From an uncultured delta proteobacterium (lineage in GTDB: Bacteria; Desulfobacterota; Binatia; Binatales; Binataceae): a stretch of 64,000 nt of DNA. Positions within the stretch are counted from its first letter, which is position 1; the number at the start of each line of letters is the position of its first letter. Where the stretch lies: assembly GCA_963765675.1 (NCBI GenBank), contig CAVXXK010000001.1, forward strand, positions 768,001 through 832,000, written 5' to 3'. Shown in pieces: positions 31,044 through 40,539 of the stretch. Under the pieces are notes generated by a model. The model saw only the letters and a program-made list of their open reading frames with translations. It did not search any database and was not told the DNA's origin. Both the position numbers and the translations under genes were made by a program.

Positions 31044-32639
31044 ATGGGATCACTCTATCTGAACGGATTAACTGCTGATAAGCGTAAGCATCTGGAGCAA
31101 CGACTTTGGGATCAGCAGAATGGAAAATGCTTCATCTCGGGGAAACCGATGGACTTGGAGATTGATGAGATTGATATAGATCACATCATTCCAACGCGCG
31201 ATAATGGTAAAGACGACCCCACCAATTTCGCACTGACGCTGGCCAGCTACAATCGCTCAAAGCAGGCTGCCGATTTGCGGGTTGCGCGAGTTCTTGCCCG
31301 CTTCGACCAAATCAAGGCGACTGCTGATAGCGATGACCGCGGAGCCAACCTCAATGACGTTTTGGAAGCCTACGGCGGAGCATCAGGTTCATTACGCGGC
31401 AAGATCGACGGCGTGCATATTACCTATATTGTCGAGGGCGACCGTAAGGTCACTGTGCCAGTGCATACTGATAAGCTGTCGGGGATTCGTTATTTCTTTG
31501 CCGTTCTTCCCATAGCGGCACTCTATCATGACGAAAAAATCAATCCGCGTCCTATAGGCTCCAATCTGCGGAGTCTCGTGGAGGAGTTCTTCAAGGGGCG
31601 TCCGCAATTGCATGTCGCGCTAGGCTGGATCAGCTCGGCAGCGCTCCCCGAGGCCCGGATCAATATCTTCGACGGGCAGCATAAGGCGGCCGCGCAAATC
31701 CTGCTTGGAGCGTTGACGCTTCCAGTCCGCATCTTCATTGATCCCGATTTCGAAATACTCCGAACTACCAACACTAATGCTGGCACGACGCTCAGACAGG
31801 TCGCTTTTGACAAGTCAGTGCAGCGGCGATTGGGCTCGGCGATGCTGCTCGATCGCATAGCGCGCTACCGGAAAGACAAAACTTTGCCGGGAGACGATGA
31901 AAACTTCTCAGAAAAGGCGCTGGTGGAGCATTTCCGGGGCGACCAGCGTGCGGTTGCTCGCTATGTACTCGATGGCGTTCGCAACGCCATTACCTACTCA
32001 CCCGACAACAAGCTGCGCGATTATATCGATAACGCTGGGAAGGCCCACGAAAAGCCCTTTTCGTATAGCACCATCGAAAAAACATTCTACTCCAAGTTTA
32101 TTGGTTCCAGCATGTTAGAGACGCCATGGAATTATCGCAGCGAACAGGGAGAAAATCCCAGGACTATAGAAGTAGCCCAGGTCGTGCGGCTAATGAGTCT
32201 CATTGCCGACAAAATCTGCGTGGGCAAATACGATGAGGAGATTGGCACATCGAAGCTTGAGAACAAAGTACAGAAGGGCGAAGATATACCGGAAAAGCAC
32301 CTACGCGCGTTCCGTATGGCAAAAGAGGAAATTCTCTATTGTTGGATCAACTATATTGGAAAAATTATAGAGAACCATTTTCTGATGTTGGGCCGCGTTG
32401 TTGATAATCAAAGGCTGTTTCAATATCCGTTCCCGGAGCAACTCTGGACTAATATTGGTAACTTCATCGATAATCTGGCCCGCTTGCCAATGTGGATAAA
32501 TCGAGATGCCTCGCTAACGATCTTCGGCGGTAAGCAAACCTATAGCTTCTGGCAGACAATCTTTGAATCGGGCGTCAGTCCAACGGGCCATAAAGCAATG
32601 CCAACGGGCATCAACATAATGGAAATGATCAAACCATGA
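31044..32639 (+). CDS. HNH endonuclease fused to a DGQHK (ParB/DGQHR-like) domain; candidate defence nuclease
   Basis: QNGKCFIS...DIDHIIP...GKDDPTNFALT...YNRSK at the N-terminus; INPR and IFDGQHKAAAQ centrally; AT-rich relative to neighbours; AGGGGG RBS. Confidence 0.8.
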   Translation: MGSLYLNGLTADKRKHLEQRLWDQQNGKCFISGKPMDLEIDEIDIDHIIPTRDNGKDDPTNFALTLASYNRSKQAADLRVARVLARFDQIKATADSDDRGANLNDVLEAYGGASGSLRGKIDGVHITYIVEGDRKVTVPVHTDKLSGIRYFFAVLPIAALYHDEKINPRPIGSNLRSLVEEFFKGRPQLHVALGWISSAALPEARINIFDGQHKAAAQILLGALTLPVRIFIDPDFEILRTTNTNAGTTLRQVAFDKSVQRRLGSAMLLDRIARYRKDKTLPGDDENFSEKALVEHFRGDQRAVARYVLDGVRNAITYSPDNKLRDYIDNAGKAHEKPFSYSTIEKTFYSKFIGSSMLETPWNYRSEQGENPRTIEVAQVVRLMSLIADKICVGKYDEEIGTSKLENKVQKGEDIPEKHLRAFRMAKEEILYCWINYIGKIIENHFLMLGRVVDNQRLFQYPFPEQLWTNIGNFIDNLARLPMWINRDASLTIFGGKQTYSFWQTIFESGVSPTGHKAMPTGINIMEMIKP

Positions 32640-32714
32640 AGCTATATGATGCAGACATAGTTATCTTCTTCATTTACGAATTGACGTGATTCTCTTTAAC
32701 AGACTGAATGGGGA

Positions 32715-32736
32715 ACTACGGCCGGAATTGCAGCGC
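32715..32736. repeat. Right copy of the 22-bp direct repeat, covering the last codons and stop of the carboxylase
   Basis: Reverse strand reads GCG CTG CAA TTC CGG CCG TAG (ALQFRP*). Confidence 0.65.
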
Positions 32737-35700
32737 TCTTGGAGTGAGCATCGATGGTTGGGAGATGATGCGATAGGCGTTCTCCGCCCATTCGCAGATC
32801 CATCGGCGGGTGTCGCGCGGGTCGATCATCTCTTCCATCTGGAACCGGTTTAGCGGGCCTATCGGACCACGCGCGCTTTCGATGCGCGCATTGATCTCCG
32901 CGCGCAAGGCGGCGGGGTCGGCGGCCTCGGCAAGCTGACGTTTGTAGGCGGCCTCGATGCCGCCCTCGGGCGGGATGCCGCCCACATCCGCAGCCGGCCA
33001 TACGACGCGAGCGCTGGCGCCGCTGCGCGGCGTTGCGTAGTTGTTGCCGGCCACTCCAAAGCTGCGGCGCATGATGACGGTGAAGATCGGGATTGCGACC
33101 TGCGCGAACGCGATCATCCATTCGCCGCCCTTGCGGATCGTGCCGGCGATTTCGTGCTCGAGGCCCACCGCGAAGCCCGGATTATCGATCAGGTTCAGCA
33201 CCGGCAGGTGGAACAAGTCGCATAGGTCGAGGTGGCGCTTGAGTTTGTCGCAGCCGTCGGCCGTCAGCGCGCCGCCATTGACGTGCCGGCAGTCGGATGC
33301 GATCACACCCATCGGATAGCCGCCAAAGCGAACGAAGCCAACGATCTGGTCGGTGCCCCAGAGCGGCCCGATCTCGAAGAACGAGCCCCGATCCGCCATC
33401 AACCGGATGGCCCGGCGCATATCGAACGTCATGATGCGCTTGCGGGGAATGATCGTGAACAGCTCTTCCTCCCGGCGATCGGCAGGATCGGCGGGGTCTG
33501 GCGCCAGGACCGGCGGTGCTTCGTAGACGCTCGAAGGAAGGTAGGAGAGGAACCGCTTCGTCATCGAAGTGGCCTCTTCCTCCGACTCCGCCAGATTGTC
33601 GACCGAGCCGTTCCGGCAATGAATCTGCCAGCCGCCTAATTCCTCCTTCGTGATGTCGTAACCCATCGCGTGGCTCACCACCGGCGGCCCCGCGACGAAG
33701 AGCTGCGCGATGTCGCGCACCATCACCGAGAAATGGCCGAGCACCGCCTTCGCGGCGCCGATACCCACCACGCTGCCGAGCAGCAGATTGACCACCGGCA
33801 CCTCGCTGAGTTGTTTTACGTACATGCTGCTGCCGAGATGGCCCGGCAGGAACGAGCCGCCTTCGCCGGATACGCGAGGACGTCCCGCCACTATCGCGCC
33901 GGAGCTCTCTCTCGCGCTGCTCTCCCCCGCCTTCTGCTGCTTCGGCACCATCGCGGCGATACTGCCGCCGCCCGAGGAGCCATCCAACAACCGTATCGAT
34001 GGGCAGCGAAAGTCGATCGACAGTCGATCGAGATGAGCGCTCTTCCCGCCGATCGCGCCGTCGGCATGCCCGCCGCGCGAGGTGAAATCGTCGGCACATA
34101 CCACGGCCGTTCGGCCGTCGATTTTGCCCCATCCTCCAACGTGGTTGGCGGGTGTGAAGCCCGAAACTCGTCCCTCATCGTCGTAGTCGGCGAAGCCCGC
34201 GAGGCTGCCGACCTCGCGAAAGCTGCCGGCGTCGAGCAGCAGGTCGATTCGTTCGCGGCAGGTCAGCTTGCCGCGATCACGCTGGCGGACTACTCCCGGA
34301 TCCTTCGAGCCGGGCGCGAAGCGGCGATGCGCGATCGCCAGCAACGCCTGCACATCGGCAAGCATCGGCGCCCAGGTGTCGTCGCCATAGCGGCGCGGCG
34401 AGGTTGCGTCACTGCCGCGCTCAGTTGGGGCGATAGTGGCGACAATCTGGCCCGCCGCGACGGCGGCGCCGACCTCCGCGGGACTGATACCTGTCACGAC
34501 GCCGGCGCAGGGCGCCGTGACCGCGGTTTCCATCTTCATGGCGCTGATGATCATGAGCGTCGCGCCCGCCCCGACCGTCGCGCCGCTCTCGACGGCAAGC
34601 TCGATTATGGAACCAGCCATAGGGCTCTCGACGCCCTCCTGACCGCTCGGAACCGGCAGGCCCGGCTGTGTGCCTGTCGGGATGACCGCGGCTTGGCCGC
34701 GATGGAGCGCCGTAGCCTGTTGTTCGAGCAGCACCAGAGGACGTGAGGCGGATGCCTGTGCGCCGATCGGGGTAGAGAGCTCAGGATACTCGGAGAACAG
34801 GGTGGTCCGAGCGTCGCCCGTCCGCAGCGCTGGATGCGAGAGCACCGTACGTAGCTGCTTAAGATTCGTCGTCAGACCGGCGACATGGAACTCATCGAGG
34901 GCGCGCACGGTGTGGTCAAGCGCCGAAGCGAACGAGTTCGTCGAGTTTGACTGGCAGATGAGCTTTGCGAACATCGGATCGAATTGCGGCGGCGGCGCAT
35001 AGCCCACATAGCCGCAGGAATCGACCCGCACTCCCGGGCCCGTCGGCTCTTTGTACGCGGTCAGCACGCCGGTGCCGCTCGCGACGATACGCGCCTCTAC
35101 GGCAAAGCCGAGGGGAGCTTTGATCGCGGCTTGATCCGCGAGGCCCAGCGCTTTCAGAGTCTCCCCGGCCGCGATACGGAACTGAGCCTCGACCAGATCA
35201 ATGTTCGTGACCTGCTCGGTCACGGTGTGCTCGACCTGGATGCGGGGATTGCACTCGATGAAAAAGTGTTCGCCACGCTCGGGGTTGACCAAAAACTCGA
35301 CCGTGCCCGCGTTCACATAACCGGCCGCACTGGCCAGACGGATTGCATCCTCAAGGATGCGTCGTCGAAGGCCGGCCTCCAAGCCAGGCGCCGGCGCGAT
35401 CTCGATGACCTTCTGGTTTCGGAGCTGCACAGAGCAATCGCGCTCGTAGAGGTGGACGATGTCGCCGTGGCTATCGGCCAGGACCTGGACCTCGATGTGA
35501 CGTGGCCGCGCGATCAGCTTCTCGACAAAGAGGGAGCCGTCGCCGAACGCCGCCATCGCTTCGCTCTGGCATCGGGTGAAGGCCGCCGACATCTCATCGG
35601 CGCCCGCAACTGCGCGCATGCCGCGGCCGCCGCCGCCCGCCACCGCTTTCAGCATGACCGGATAGCCAATCGTCTCGGCGACGGCCCTGGCGTCCTGAGC

Positions 35701-36183
35701 GCTCGCCAGGGACTGCGGGCTGCCCGGGATGATCGGGATGCGCAGTGAGCGGGCGAGATCGCGCGCTTTGGTCTTGTCGCCAAACAGCGCGAGCGTCTCG
35801 GGGCTCGGCCCGATGAAGGCGATGCCCTCTTCGCGGCATCGCTTTGCGAAGCCGCTATTCTCGGACAGGAACCCGTAACCAGGATGCACGCAATCGCAGC
35901 GGCTGGCCTTGGCGGCTTCGATCAACCCCTCGATGTCGAGATAGGCGCGCACGGGATCGCTCGACGACGCCCGCGACGTGCCGAGTGCGCGCGATTCAGT
36001 TGTGACGCGGGTATGAAGCGATAGCTTGTCCGCCGGAGCGTACACGCTGACTGACTCGACGCCGAGCGCCGACGCGGCGCGTGCGACACGGATAGCAATT
36101 TCACCTCGGTTGGCAATCAGTACTCGCTTGAACAAAGGTCCACTCCGGGAAGCTGAATAAGTCACAGACCCATCTTGTAGCAC
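32716..36183 (-). CDS. Single-chain biotin-dependent acyl-CoA carboxylase (BC-BCCP-CT fusion)
   Basis: ANRGEIA, HPGYGFLSEN, GGGGRGMR, ERDCSVQ, NPRIQVEH; biotin site SAMKM; CT motifs ADDFTSRGG, DNPGF, IDPRDTR. Confidence 0.92.
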   Translation of the reverse strand: MLQDGSVTYSASRSGPLFKRVLIANRGEIAIRVARAASALGVESVSVYAPADKLSLHTRVTTESRALGTSRASSSDPVRAYLDIEGLIEAAKASRCDCVHPGYGFLSENSGFAKRCREEGIAFIGPSPETLALFGDKTKARDLARSLRIPIIPGSPQSLASAQDARAVAETIGYPVMLKAVAGGGGRGMRAVAGADEMSAAFTRCQSEAMAAFGDGSLFVEKLIARPRHIEVQVLADSHGDIVHLYERDCSVQLRNQKVIEIAPAPGLEAGLRRRILEDAIRLASAAGYVNAGTVEFLVNPERGEHFFIECNPRIQVEHTVTEQVTNIDLVEAQFRIAAGETLKALGLADQAAIKAPLGFAVEARIVASGTGVLTAYKEPTGPGVRVDSCGYVGYAPPPQFDPMFAKLICQSNSTNSFASALDHTVRALDEFHVAGLTTNLKQLRTVLSHPALRTGDARTTLFSEYPELSTPIGAQASASRPLVLLEQQATALHRGQAAVIPTGTQPGLPVPSGQEGVESPMAGSIIELAVESGATVGAGATLMIISAMKMETAVTAPCAGVVTGISPAEVGAAVAAGQIVATIAPTERGSDATSPRRYGDDTWAPMLADVQALLAIAHRRFAPGSKDPGVVRQRDRGKLTCRERIDLLLDAGSFREVGSLAGFADYDDEGRVSGFTPANHVGGWGKIDGRTAVVCADDFTSRGGHADGAIGGKSAHLDRLSIDFRCPSIRLLDGSSGGGSIAAMVPKQQKAGESSARESSGAIVAGRPRVSGEGGSFLPGHLGSSMYVKQLSEVPVVNLLLGSVVGIGAAKAVLGHFSVMVRDIAQLFVAGPPVVSHAMGYDITKEELGGWQIHCRNGSVDNLAESEEEATSMTKRFLSYLPSSVYEAPPVLAPDPADPADRREEELFTIIPRKRIMTFDMRRAIRLMADRGSFFEIGPLWGTDQIVGFVRFGGYPMGVIASDCRHVNGGALTADGCDKLKRHLDLCDLFHLPVLNLIDNPGFAVGLEHEIAGTIRKGGEWMIAFAQVAIPIFTVIMRRSFGVAGNNYATPRSGASARVVWPAADVGGIPPEGGIEAAYKRQLAEAADPAALRAEINARIESARGPIGPLNRFQMEEMIDPRDTRRWICEWAENAYRIISQPSMLTPRALQFRP

Positions 36184-36445
36184 GGCTTTCCTTATTTTTT
36201 GTTCTTAGCTTCGCATAGCAGGTTGATCGCGCTCGTGTCGACGATTTGCGCGCGCCCGTTGCGTTGCGAGCGTGGCTTGCGTGCGCGTTCGATAAAAAAC
36301 TGTTGACAACTACGCCACGATTGCTAATCCATATTTATCCAACCCCTCTGAATGTTCGCGGCGCGCCTGCGGCCGCACACGCTCTGCGTTTGATGGGAAA
36401 CTATCGAGCTTGGACGATCGGGATTTCTTTTCTGAGGAGGTTTTG

Positions 36446-37757
36446 ATGCGAACACACAAATTTTTGATGGTATCGGGGTGGGGAACCGTCGCAATGGCGA
36501 CAACCCTGGCGCTGGTCATGGGGCTGGCGCCCTCGGCGGCTGCCCAAGTCAAACCTGGGGACTTTATAACTCCAGCGAATGCATCCAAGGTCAAGGATCT
36601 GCTCTCGCCGGGCGAATACTGGCGGGTCGAGAATGGAATGTCGATGAAGATCGTGCCGACTGGACGAATCGATTGGCCTCCCCCGTACAAGGAAGCCACC
36701 GAAAAATATTCGTCGCAGGTGCGTCTGGCCAAAAATGGGTTATCAATGGTCGGATATGTTGCCGGGACAGCCGTTCCCGATCATCGATGACAACGATCCC
36801 AACGCCGCGATCAAAATCATGTGGAATATGGATTTCCGGCCGATGTGGACCGACGACTTCGACGCTCGCTATTTCGGCTGCGTCGAGGTCTATGAGAAAC
36901 TCCATAACCCCTACAACGAAATCGACTTCCAGCTCATAGGACACTACGGGGTCTACAACGAGGTCGGCCGGACCGAGGTCGAGCCGTTACCGACGGACCC
37001 GGACTATCTCAAGTCCAATATCATGTTCCGCTGGCGCGCCTTTCCGTGGTTATCACCGGCGGCGGTCCGCGGCAGTGGCATCGTCGGCTACCGCTACGGC
37101 GATCCGATGAGGGCCGACGACTCGTGGAGCTACAACCCCGACGCGCGGCGCGTGCGCCGGCTTGACGAGGCGATCCGCGGCGACGCAACCGGCACGCTTC
37201 AGTTCAATCAGGATGACGCCGAGGGTTACAACCCCAAGATCGAGGACTACACCTACCGCTTCCTGGGCGAGAAGATGATGCTGGGCGCGCTGCACGTAGT
37301 GCAGGACCCCGGCAACGTCTGTCCGACAGACGGCGGCGGCAGCGTGTGTCCGGCAGAGTGGGAGATGCGCCGGGTCTATGTGATAGAGACCAGGGCCAAC
37401 CCCAAACGTCTAACCGGAGACCTTTATTCCAAGCACCTCGTTTACATCGACACCGAGGCCGACGTGGTGCTCTCGCACGACCAGTACGATCGCCAGGGCG
37501 AGTTGATGCTGAACTTCACCAACTGGCTGACCTATCGCGACCGGCCGGTGCCCGATGCGAAAATCGCGATCTATCCCTTCAAGCGCGTCTTCCAGGTCAA
37601 TGGCACCAGCACCAACGTCCAGACGGGGCTCTCAAGCTTCTGCGACCTGCCCACGCCTAACGCGCCCGAGCACGAGTGTTGGTACATCAACATGGGTGCT
37701 GTGAGCCGCGACGACGTCACGCCCGACGCGATGGTCAAGAACACCGCCGGCCGCTGA
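36446..37757 (+). CDS. DUF1329 family periplasmic protein, frameshifted near 36765
   Basis: GAGGAGG RBS, signal peptide, GDFITPAN, YVAG|QPFP junction across two frames, KIMWN, DDSWSYNPDARRVRR, YSKHLVYID. Confidence 0.8.
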
Positions 37758-37796
37758 GCGGTCGATATCGGCGAGACTGCCCGCCGCCCAAAAATC

Positions 37797-37833
37797 AAGG
37801 TCGGGAGCCGTCGCTCCGACTCCCGACCTTTTT
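37797..37833 (+). terminator. Intrinsic terminator after DUF1329 gene
   Basis: AAGGTCGGGAG...CTCCCGACCTT stem followed by T run. Confidence 0.7.
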
Positions 37834-37996
37834 CCCGTGAATCCGACAACCTTGCCGCTGGCTGCGATTGCGCCTCCAAAGAGATCGACCATCCGCACAC
37901 TTTGGGCAATCGAGTCTGACGCATCGAAGTGTTTGTGATATTTTTCAAAAAGATACCGGGTGAAATGTTTGCTGTCTGAACGATCCGAGGAGAGCT

Positions 37997-38395
37997 ATGG
38001 CCGACAAAATCAAGAAGAGCAACGACGAATGGCGAAAAGAGCTGACGCCGCTCCAATTCGCCGTGACGCGCGAGAAAGCTACCGAGGCGCCGTTTTCCGG
38101 CGAATACGAAACGGTGACGACACCCGGTCTCTATCGATGCGTCTGCTGCGGCGAGACGTTGTTCGAGTCTGATACGAAGTTCGACGCCGGATGCGGCTGG
38201 CCCAGCTTTACCAAACCCGTGGCTGAAGACCGGATCGCCGAAGAAGCGGATCGAAGCCACGGTATGGTCCGCACGGAAGTTATGTGCGCCAAATGCGACG
38301 CACATTTAGGGCACGTGTTCGAAGACGGACCTGAGCCGACGGGACTTCGCTACTGCATCAACTCAGCCTCGCTGAAACTTGATCCAAAAAAATAA
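37997..38395 (+). CDS. msrB: Peptide-methionine (R)-S-oxide reductase
   Basis: TEAPFSG, two CxxC, GCGWPSF, HLGHVF, RYCINS. Confidence 0.96.
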   Translation: MADKIKKSNDEWRKELTPLQFAVTREKATEAPFSGEYETVTTPGLYRCVCCGETLFESDTKFDAGCGWPSFTKPVAEDRIAEEADRSHGMVRTEVMCAKCDAHLGHVFEDGPEPTGLRYCINSASLKLDPKK

Positions 38396-38431
38396 CCTCA
38401 CGAAACGAACCCAAACCGCAAAGAGTCTGCG

Positions 38432-39493
38432 ATGAGCAACGACCTGAAGGAACACCGCCTGGTTTCTGTCTCGCCTTCGCCGCGGAATATGCCCGCAGGA
38501 TGGACGCCGCCTGCGCCGGCGTGGGCGATGAGCTTCGCGCATCAAACGAAGCCAGTCGTCATGGCCTACTTCGGGACTCAGCTCGAATCGCGAGAACAGA
38601 ACCCGCTCGGCCCGCGAACGCATCAGTTCTTCGATTGCGCCGATGCGCCCGAGAACGTCGAGGACGCGAGGTTCCTCGATCGTGCGGGATGCCTAAATCT
38701 CATTACGGCTGCGTATTGGACTGATCCTGCCAGCTACGAAAGATGGGAAAAGAAATCTGGCTTCGTTTCCTGGTGGAGCGATCCGGCGCGGGTACGCGAT
38801 GGGCAAGGTCATTTTCGCGAGGTCCTCAGCGTTCCGCCCGATCGATTTGAGACGATCTTTTCGCACGGGATCGTTGTCGGGGTGGCGAAGACCGGCGGCG
38901 AGGTCGTGGGTCCAATCCGCGAGCATAACTACTGGGGCAGTATGCGCGACCGAATTCAGGCATCAGCCGAAGACGATTTGCGCAGCGGTTACGGCGATAG
39001 CCTTCCGCGGCTGGGCGCCACGGCAACTTTGGGCAGACGGCTTCGGGTCAAGGTCCCGGAGAATCTTGCCGTCATCAGGTCGGGTCAGGACTGGAACAAT
39101 TGCGCGGGCGCCGAATTGTCGGAATACGAAGGCTCTGTACAACCCGCGTTGGTCGAAGGAATGACTTTTCTGCGGGATAATCCCGACGCGACCGGCTGCT
39201 GCGATTTGCGCTTCGCTCAGGAGACGGATCGCGATGGCTCGCCGCTTAAGAAGACCTTCGGACTCGGCTACTTCCTGACCTTGGGCCATCTGGAAAAATG
39301 GGCGGCGAGTCATCCCACGCATCTTGCGATCTTTTCCAGATTCCTCACGATGGTGCGGCAGCACGGTGCGGACCTCAAACTGAGGCTCTGGCACGAGGTA
39401 TCCGTTCTGCCCGCGGCGGGTCAACTCTTCGAATACATCAATTGCCATCCCGGGACCGGCCTGCTGCCGTACTTCCCATCCGAAGAGTGCTAA
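38432..39493 (+). CDS. oxd: Aldoxime (phenylacetaldoxime) dehydratase, heme enzyme
   Basis: YWGSMRDRI, IRSGQDW, WAASHPTHLAIF, LWHEVSV, YINCHPGTG. Confidence 0.9.
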   Translation: MSNDLKEHRLVSVSPSPRNMPAGWTPPAPAWAMSFAHQTKPVVMAYFGTQLESREQNPLGPRTHQFFDCADAPENVEDARFLDRAGCLNLITAAYWTDPASYERWEKKSGFVSWWSDPARVRDGQGHFREVLSVPPDRFETIFSHGIVVGVAKTGGEVVGPIREHNYWGSMRDRIQASAEDDLRSGYGDSLPRLGATATLGRRLRVKVPENLAVIRSGQDWNNCAGAELSEYEGSVQPALVEGMTFLRDNPDATGCCDLRFAQETDRDGSPLKKTFGLGYFLTLGHLEKWAASHPTHLAIFSRFLTMVRQHGADLKLRLWHEVSVLPAAGQLFEYINCHPGTGLLPYFPSEEC

Positions 39494-39516
39494 ATATTTG
39501 AGCCGCTCGGTGGTTG

Positions 39517-40522
39517 ATGAGCTCAACTGCAAACCTTCCGATCATCGATATTGCGCCGCTTCGCAGCGGCGCCTCCGACATAGCCCGTATCGGCGCGGCA
39601 CTGGATCGGGCCTGCTGCGAGTTCGGATTTTTTTACGTGACCGGTCATGGAATCCGACCTGACTTGTCTCCGGATGATGACGCTCGCGCGCGAGTTCTTC
39701 TCGCTTCCGCTGGCGGAGAAGATGGGGATCGCGATGACACGCGGCGGGCGGGCATGGCGCGGCTACTTTCCCGTGGACGGCGAGTTGACCTCGGGCCGGC
39801 CCGATCGCAAGGAAGGAATCTACCTGGGTACCGAGCTGGGTCCGGACGACGCGCGTGTTCGAGCCGGCCTGCCACTGCATGGCATGAATCTCTATCCAGC
39901 GCTGCCGGGATTCCGCGAGACGCTCCTGACCTACATGGATGAGGTCACTGCCACGGGGCAGCTACTACTCAGTGGAATTGCCGTCGGCCTCGGCCTGGAG
40001 AAGGATTACTTCCTCGAGCGTTACACTCGCGATCCGACCGTACTCTTTCGCATCTTCAACTACCCGCCCGCTCACACAAGCGCCAACGACGATAAGCTCG
40101 GCGTGGGAGAGCACACTGACTATGGACTGCTGACGCTGCTGCGCCAGGACGACGTCGGGGGTCTGCAGATTTGGCATCAGGACCGGTGGCTGGCGGCAAC
40201 GCCGGTGCCCGACTCCTTCGTCTGCAATGTCGGCGATATGCTTGAGCGACTGACCGCCGGACGTTACGTATCGGCGCTGCATCGCGTCCGCAACGTCTCG
40301 ACGCGGGACCGTATCTCGATGCCGCTCTTTCTCGACCCGAACTTCGATGCGGAGCTAGCGGCGATCGAGGTCCTCGCGCCGGATCCTACGGCCGCCGGCC
40401 GGCGGCGTCATGGGCGTCGATGGGACGGCACAGACCTCGCGACAGTTAGCGGAAGCTATGGTGACTATCTACTAAGTAAAGTCTCGAAAGTATTTCCGCA
40501 ATTGAGAGCGAAAGTGCTCTAA
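39517..40522 (+). CDS. IPNS-like 2-oxoglutarate/Fe(II) dioxygenase, frameshifted near 39670
   Basis: LPIIDIAPL...ACCEFGFFYVTGHGI in frame 1; then WRGYFP, GEHTDYG, ALHRV, RIS (HxD...H, RxS) in frame 2. Confidence 0.85.
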
Positions 40523-40539
40523 GCGTTTGGCGGTACGGC

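Noticed and set aside
31000-32715. Integron cassette around the HNH gene
   Set aside because: TAAC motifs occur, but no paired attC-like RYYYAAC...GTTRRRY palindrome and no integron integrase
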